Source: Alphaproteobacteria bacterium (lineage in GTDB: Bacteria; Pseudomonadota; Alphaproteobacteria; UBA2966). From it: a DNA stretch of 64,000 bases. Positions within the stretch are counted from its first letter, which is position 1; the number at the start of each line of letters is the position of its first letter. This document shows positions 61,575-64,000 of the stretch, one piece after another. Both the position numbers and the translations under genes were made by a program. Where the stretch lies: contig OZ219858.1 of the NCBI GenBank assembly GCA_964291395.2, positions 832,001 through 896,000 of the forward strand, written 5' to 3'. The notes beneath the pieces were generated by a model. The model searched no databases. It saw only the letters and a list, made by a program, of their open reading frames with translations, and was not told where the DNA came from.

Positions 61575-62423
61575 GTGACCGACGTTCTCACAGCGCCGGA
61601 AAAAACATCGCCGGAGTGCGCTTTCAGGGAGTCTCAGGGATTTTCTCCCGCCGCATCGGGCAGTTTGGAGGTCCGCTTCGCCCAGGACCGGGATGAGGTC
61701 GCTGCCGCACAGGCGCTTCGGTTCCGCGTATTCTACGAAGAGATGGATGCCCACCCCGATCCGGTCGCGCGGGTAACTCGCCGGGACGTGGATCCGTTCG
61801 ACGAGGTCTGTGACCACCTGTTGGTCGTCGATCACGACCTGCCGGCCTCCGACGCCGTCGTCGGAACCTATCGGTTGCTCCGGGAGGATGTCGCGGCCCG
61901 TCGCGGCGGCTTCTATTCGGCGGCCGAATATGATCTGAGTCCGCTGACGGACGGGCCGTCGCGGCGCGGCAGTTTTCTGGAGCTCGGGCGCAGTTGCGTG
62001 CACCCCGCCTATCGCACGAACGCGACGATCCAGCTCCTCTGGCGTGGCATAGCCCGGTACCTGGACGTCTACGGCATCGCGGTCATGTTCGGCTGCGCCA
62101 GCTTTCCGGGAACGTGCCCGGAGGAACACCAGGTTGCCTTGAGCTATCTCCACGGTAATCACCTGGCGCCGGTCGATTGCCGTGTGCGGGCCCGTGCTGG
62201 CCGGTTCGTGGCGATGGACGCGAGCCTGCCCGACGCATACGCCCTTCGCAAGGCTCTCCGCAGGCTGCCGCCTCTCATCAGGGCCTATCTCCGCCTCGGA
62301 GCCTTCGTCGGTGACGGCGCCGTGGTCGACCATGCCTTCGGGACGACCGACGTCTTTATTCTTCTGTTCGTGGATCGGATCGCGCCGCGCTACCTCAATC
62401 GCTTCGACCGGCACCCGGCCTAG
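61575..62423 (+). CDS. olsB: GNAT acyltransferase, ornithine lipid N-acyltransferase OlsB-like
   Basis: AQALRFRVFYEE, D.FD..CDHLLV, ELGRSCV, LLWRGI, MFGCASF, LPPLIRAYLRLGA. Confidence 0.85.
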   Translation: MTDVLTAPEKTSPECAFRESQGFSPAASGSLEVRFAQDRDEVAAAQALRFRVFYEEMDAHPDPVARVTRRDVDPFDEVCDHLLVVDHDLPASDAVVGTYRLLREDVAARRGGFYSAAEYDLSPLTDGPSRRGSFLELGRSCVHPAYRTNATIQLLWRGIARYLDVYGIAVMFGCASFPGTCPEEHQVALSYLHGNHLAPVDCRVRARAGRFVAMDASLPDAYALRKALRRLPPLIRAYLRLGAFVGDGAVVDHAFGTTDVFILLFVDRIAPRYLNRFDRHPA

Positions 62424-62429
62424 CGGACT

Positions 62430-62516
62430 GTTGGGCAAGTGAACGAGGTTGAAGGCCACGATAGCCGAGATGAAGGACGCATCCACCCGTCGTCGCCCCG
62501 GCCATACAGGCCGCGA
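62430..62516 (-). pseudogene. possible degenerate C-terminus of an IS5-family transposase
   Basis: Translates RPVWPGRRRVDASFISAIVAFNLVHLPN, resembling the recalled tail RG..RV...F....AAYNLVRLPK. Confidence 0.35.
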
Positions 62517-62538
62517 CGTGGCCTGCCGGTCCGCTGCA

Positions 62539-62587
62539 GCGAGCGGCAAGGAATGCCGGAGCGGTTCCGGTCAAACGAACCGCTCTA
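62539..62587 (-). repeat. TAG-anchored short repeat, copy 3
   Basis: Minus strand TAGAGCGGTTCGTTTGACCGGAACCGCTCCGGCATTCCTTGCCGCTCGC, starting at the ettA stop. Confidence 0.75.
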
Positions 62588-64000
62588 TGTCCGGTGCAGG
62601 GGCTTGTACTTGATGCGATGCGGCTGGTCGGCCTGATCGCCGAGCCGTTTGCGGCGGTCTTCTTCGTACGCCTCGTAGTTGCCCTCGAACCATTCAACGT
62701 GGCTGTCGCCCTCAAAAGCCAGAATGTGGGTGGCCGTTCGGTCCAGGAACCAGCGATCATGGCTGATTACCATGGCGCAACCCGCGAATTCCAGGAGGGC
62801 CTCCTCCAACGCCCGCAGTGTGTCGACATCGAGATCGTTGGTTGGCTCGTCCAATAAAATGAAGTTCGCTCCCGACTTGAGGATTTTCGCGAGATGGACC
62901 CGGTTGCGTTCGCCGCCCGAGAGCTGACCCACCTTCTTCTGCTGGTCGGTGCCGCGGAAATTGAAGGCTCCGACGTAGGCACGACTCGCCATTTTCCGTT
63001 TTCCGAGTTCGAGCTCGTGGAGCCCGCCGGATATCTCCTCCCAAACCGTGTGATTGGGCTCGAGCACGTCGCGACACTGATCGACGTAACCCAGCGCTAC
63101 CGAGTCGCCCAGGCGCAGGTTGCCGGAGTCCGCGGTTTCATCGCCGGTAATCATACGGAACAAGGTGGTTTTGCCGGCTCCGTTCGACCCGATGAGTCCC
63201 ACGATGGCCCCCGGGGGAACGCGAAAGGAGAGGTCGTCGATCAAAAGGCGGTCGTCGAAGCCCTTGGAGATGCCTTCGGCATCCAGGACGAGATCGCCAA
63301 GGCGAGGACCGGCGGGAATCATGATCTGGGCCTTTTCACGGGACTTTTCGAATTCTTCGGAATGCAAGGCCTCGTAGGCATTGATCCGCGCCTTACTCTT
63401 CGCCTGGCGCGCCCGGGGCGCCTGGCGGATCCAATCGAGCTCACGCGCGAGCGTACGCTGGCGTGCCTCCTCCTGTTTGCCTTCGCGCTCGAGACGCGCC
63501 TGCTTCTGTTCGAGCCATGACGAGTAGTTGCCCTTGAAGGGCAAACCGTGACCTCGGTCCAGTTCCAGGATCCAGCCGGCGACATTATCGAGGAAATAGC
63601 GATCGTGGGTGACGGCGACGACCGTGCCTGGATAGTCGTGGAGAAAGCGTTCGAGCCAAGCTACCGACTCTGCATCCAAATGATTCGTTGGCTCGTCCAG
63701 AAGCAGCAAGTCGGGGTGCGACAGCAAGAGACGGCATAGCGCTACCCGCCGCCGCTCGCCGCCGGAGAGCGTCGAAACGTGGGCATCTCCGGGCGGACAG
63801 CGAAGTGCGTCCATGGCAATGTCGATATGGCGGTCGAGTTCCCAGGCGTCCGCGACATCGATCTGTTCCTGTAATGCGCCCTGTTCCTCGATCAGAGCCT
63901 GCATCTCGTCGTCGTCGAGGGGTTCGGCGAATCGCGCGCTGACCTCTTCAAATTGATCGAGCAGCCCCTTGATCTCCGCCACGCCTTCCATGATGTTGCC
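62585..64000 (-). CDS. ettA: ABC-F translational throttle protein (5' end outside the window)
   Basis: [50 protein letters not shown]. Confidence 0.97.
   Translation of the reverse strand, partial: GNIMEGVAEIKGLLDQFEEVSARFAEPLDDDEMQALIEEQGALQEQIDVADAWELDRHIDIAMDALRCPPGDAHVSTLSGGERRRVALCRLLLSHPDLLLLDEPTNHLDAESVAWLERFLHDYPGTVVAVTHDRYFLDNVAGWILELDRGHGLPFKGNYSSWLEQKQARLEREGKQEEARQRTLARELDWIRQAPRARQAKSKARINAYEALHSEEFEKSREKAQIMIPAGPRLGDLVLDAEGISKGFDDRLLIDDLSFRVPPGAIVGLIGSNGAGKTTLFRMITGDETADSGNLRLGDSVALGYVDQCRDVLEPNHTVWEEISGGLHELELGKRKMASRAYVGAFNFRGTDQQKKVGQLSGGERNRVHLAKILKSGANFILLDEPTNDLDVDTLRALEEALLEFAGCAMVISHDRWFLDRTATHILAFEGDSHVEWFEGNYEAYEEDRRKRLGDQADQPHRIKYKPLHRT

Noticed and set aside
1-64000. 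CRISPR arrays, tRNA/rRNA genes, prophage or defence islands
   Set aside because: No spaced direct repeats, cloverleaf or rRNA-like segments, or phage/defence genes recognised; intergenic gaps are short and mostly explained. This was by eye only.

Overview
GC-rich alphaproteobacterial (Rhodospirillales-like) chromosomal segment spanning the probable replication origin. It is mostly core genes: parA-rsmG-mnmG-mnmE with two parS sites; rho-hemJ-hemH-hemE | oriC | DUF299-maf-aroE-coaE-dnaQ; secB-fxsA and timA-mltA-smr; hslVU; a his cluster; dnaKJ and hrcA-grpE; rph-rdgB-hemW; lpoA-like and rsmI-yraN-BON; gshB, comM, ampG, olsB and ettA. I saw no rRNA, tRNA, CRISPR array, prophage or intact transposon. 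The less expected signals are non-coding or small: (1) a pair of NrdR-box-like operators 31 bp apart over the promoter of pyrE rather than a ribonucleotide reductase; (2) a ~50-bp repeat family whose copies begin exactly at TAG stop codons; (3) a 5'-truncated group IIC intron (maturase tail plus domains V/VI) missed by the ORF track; (4) extra genes inside usually compact core neighbourhoods (lutABC, DUF1848, an amidase, a PIP-synthase-like enzyme); (5) a probable 1-nt frameshift at the grpE 3' end; (6) a possible IS5-type transposase scar. All calls come from reading the sequence and recalling motifs; no searches were run.
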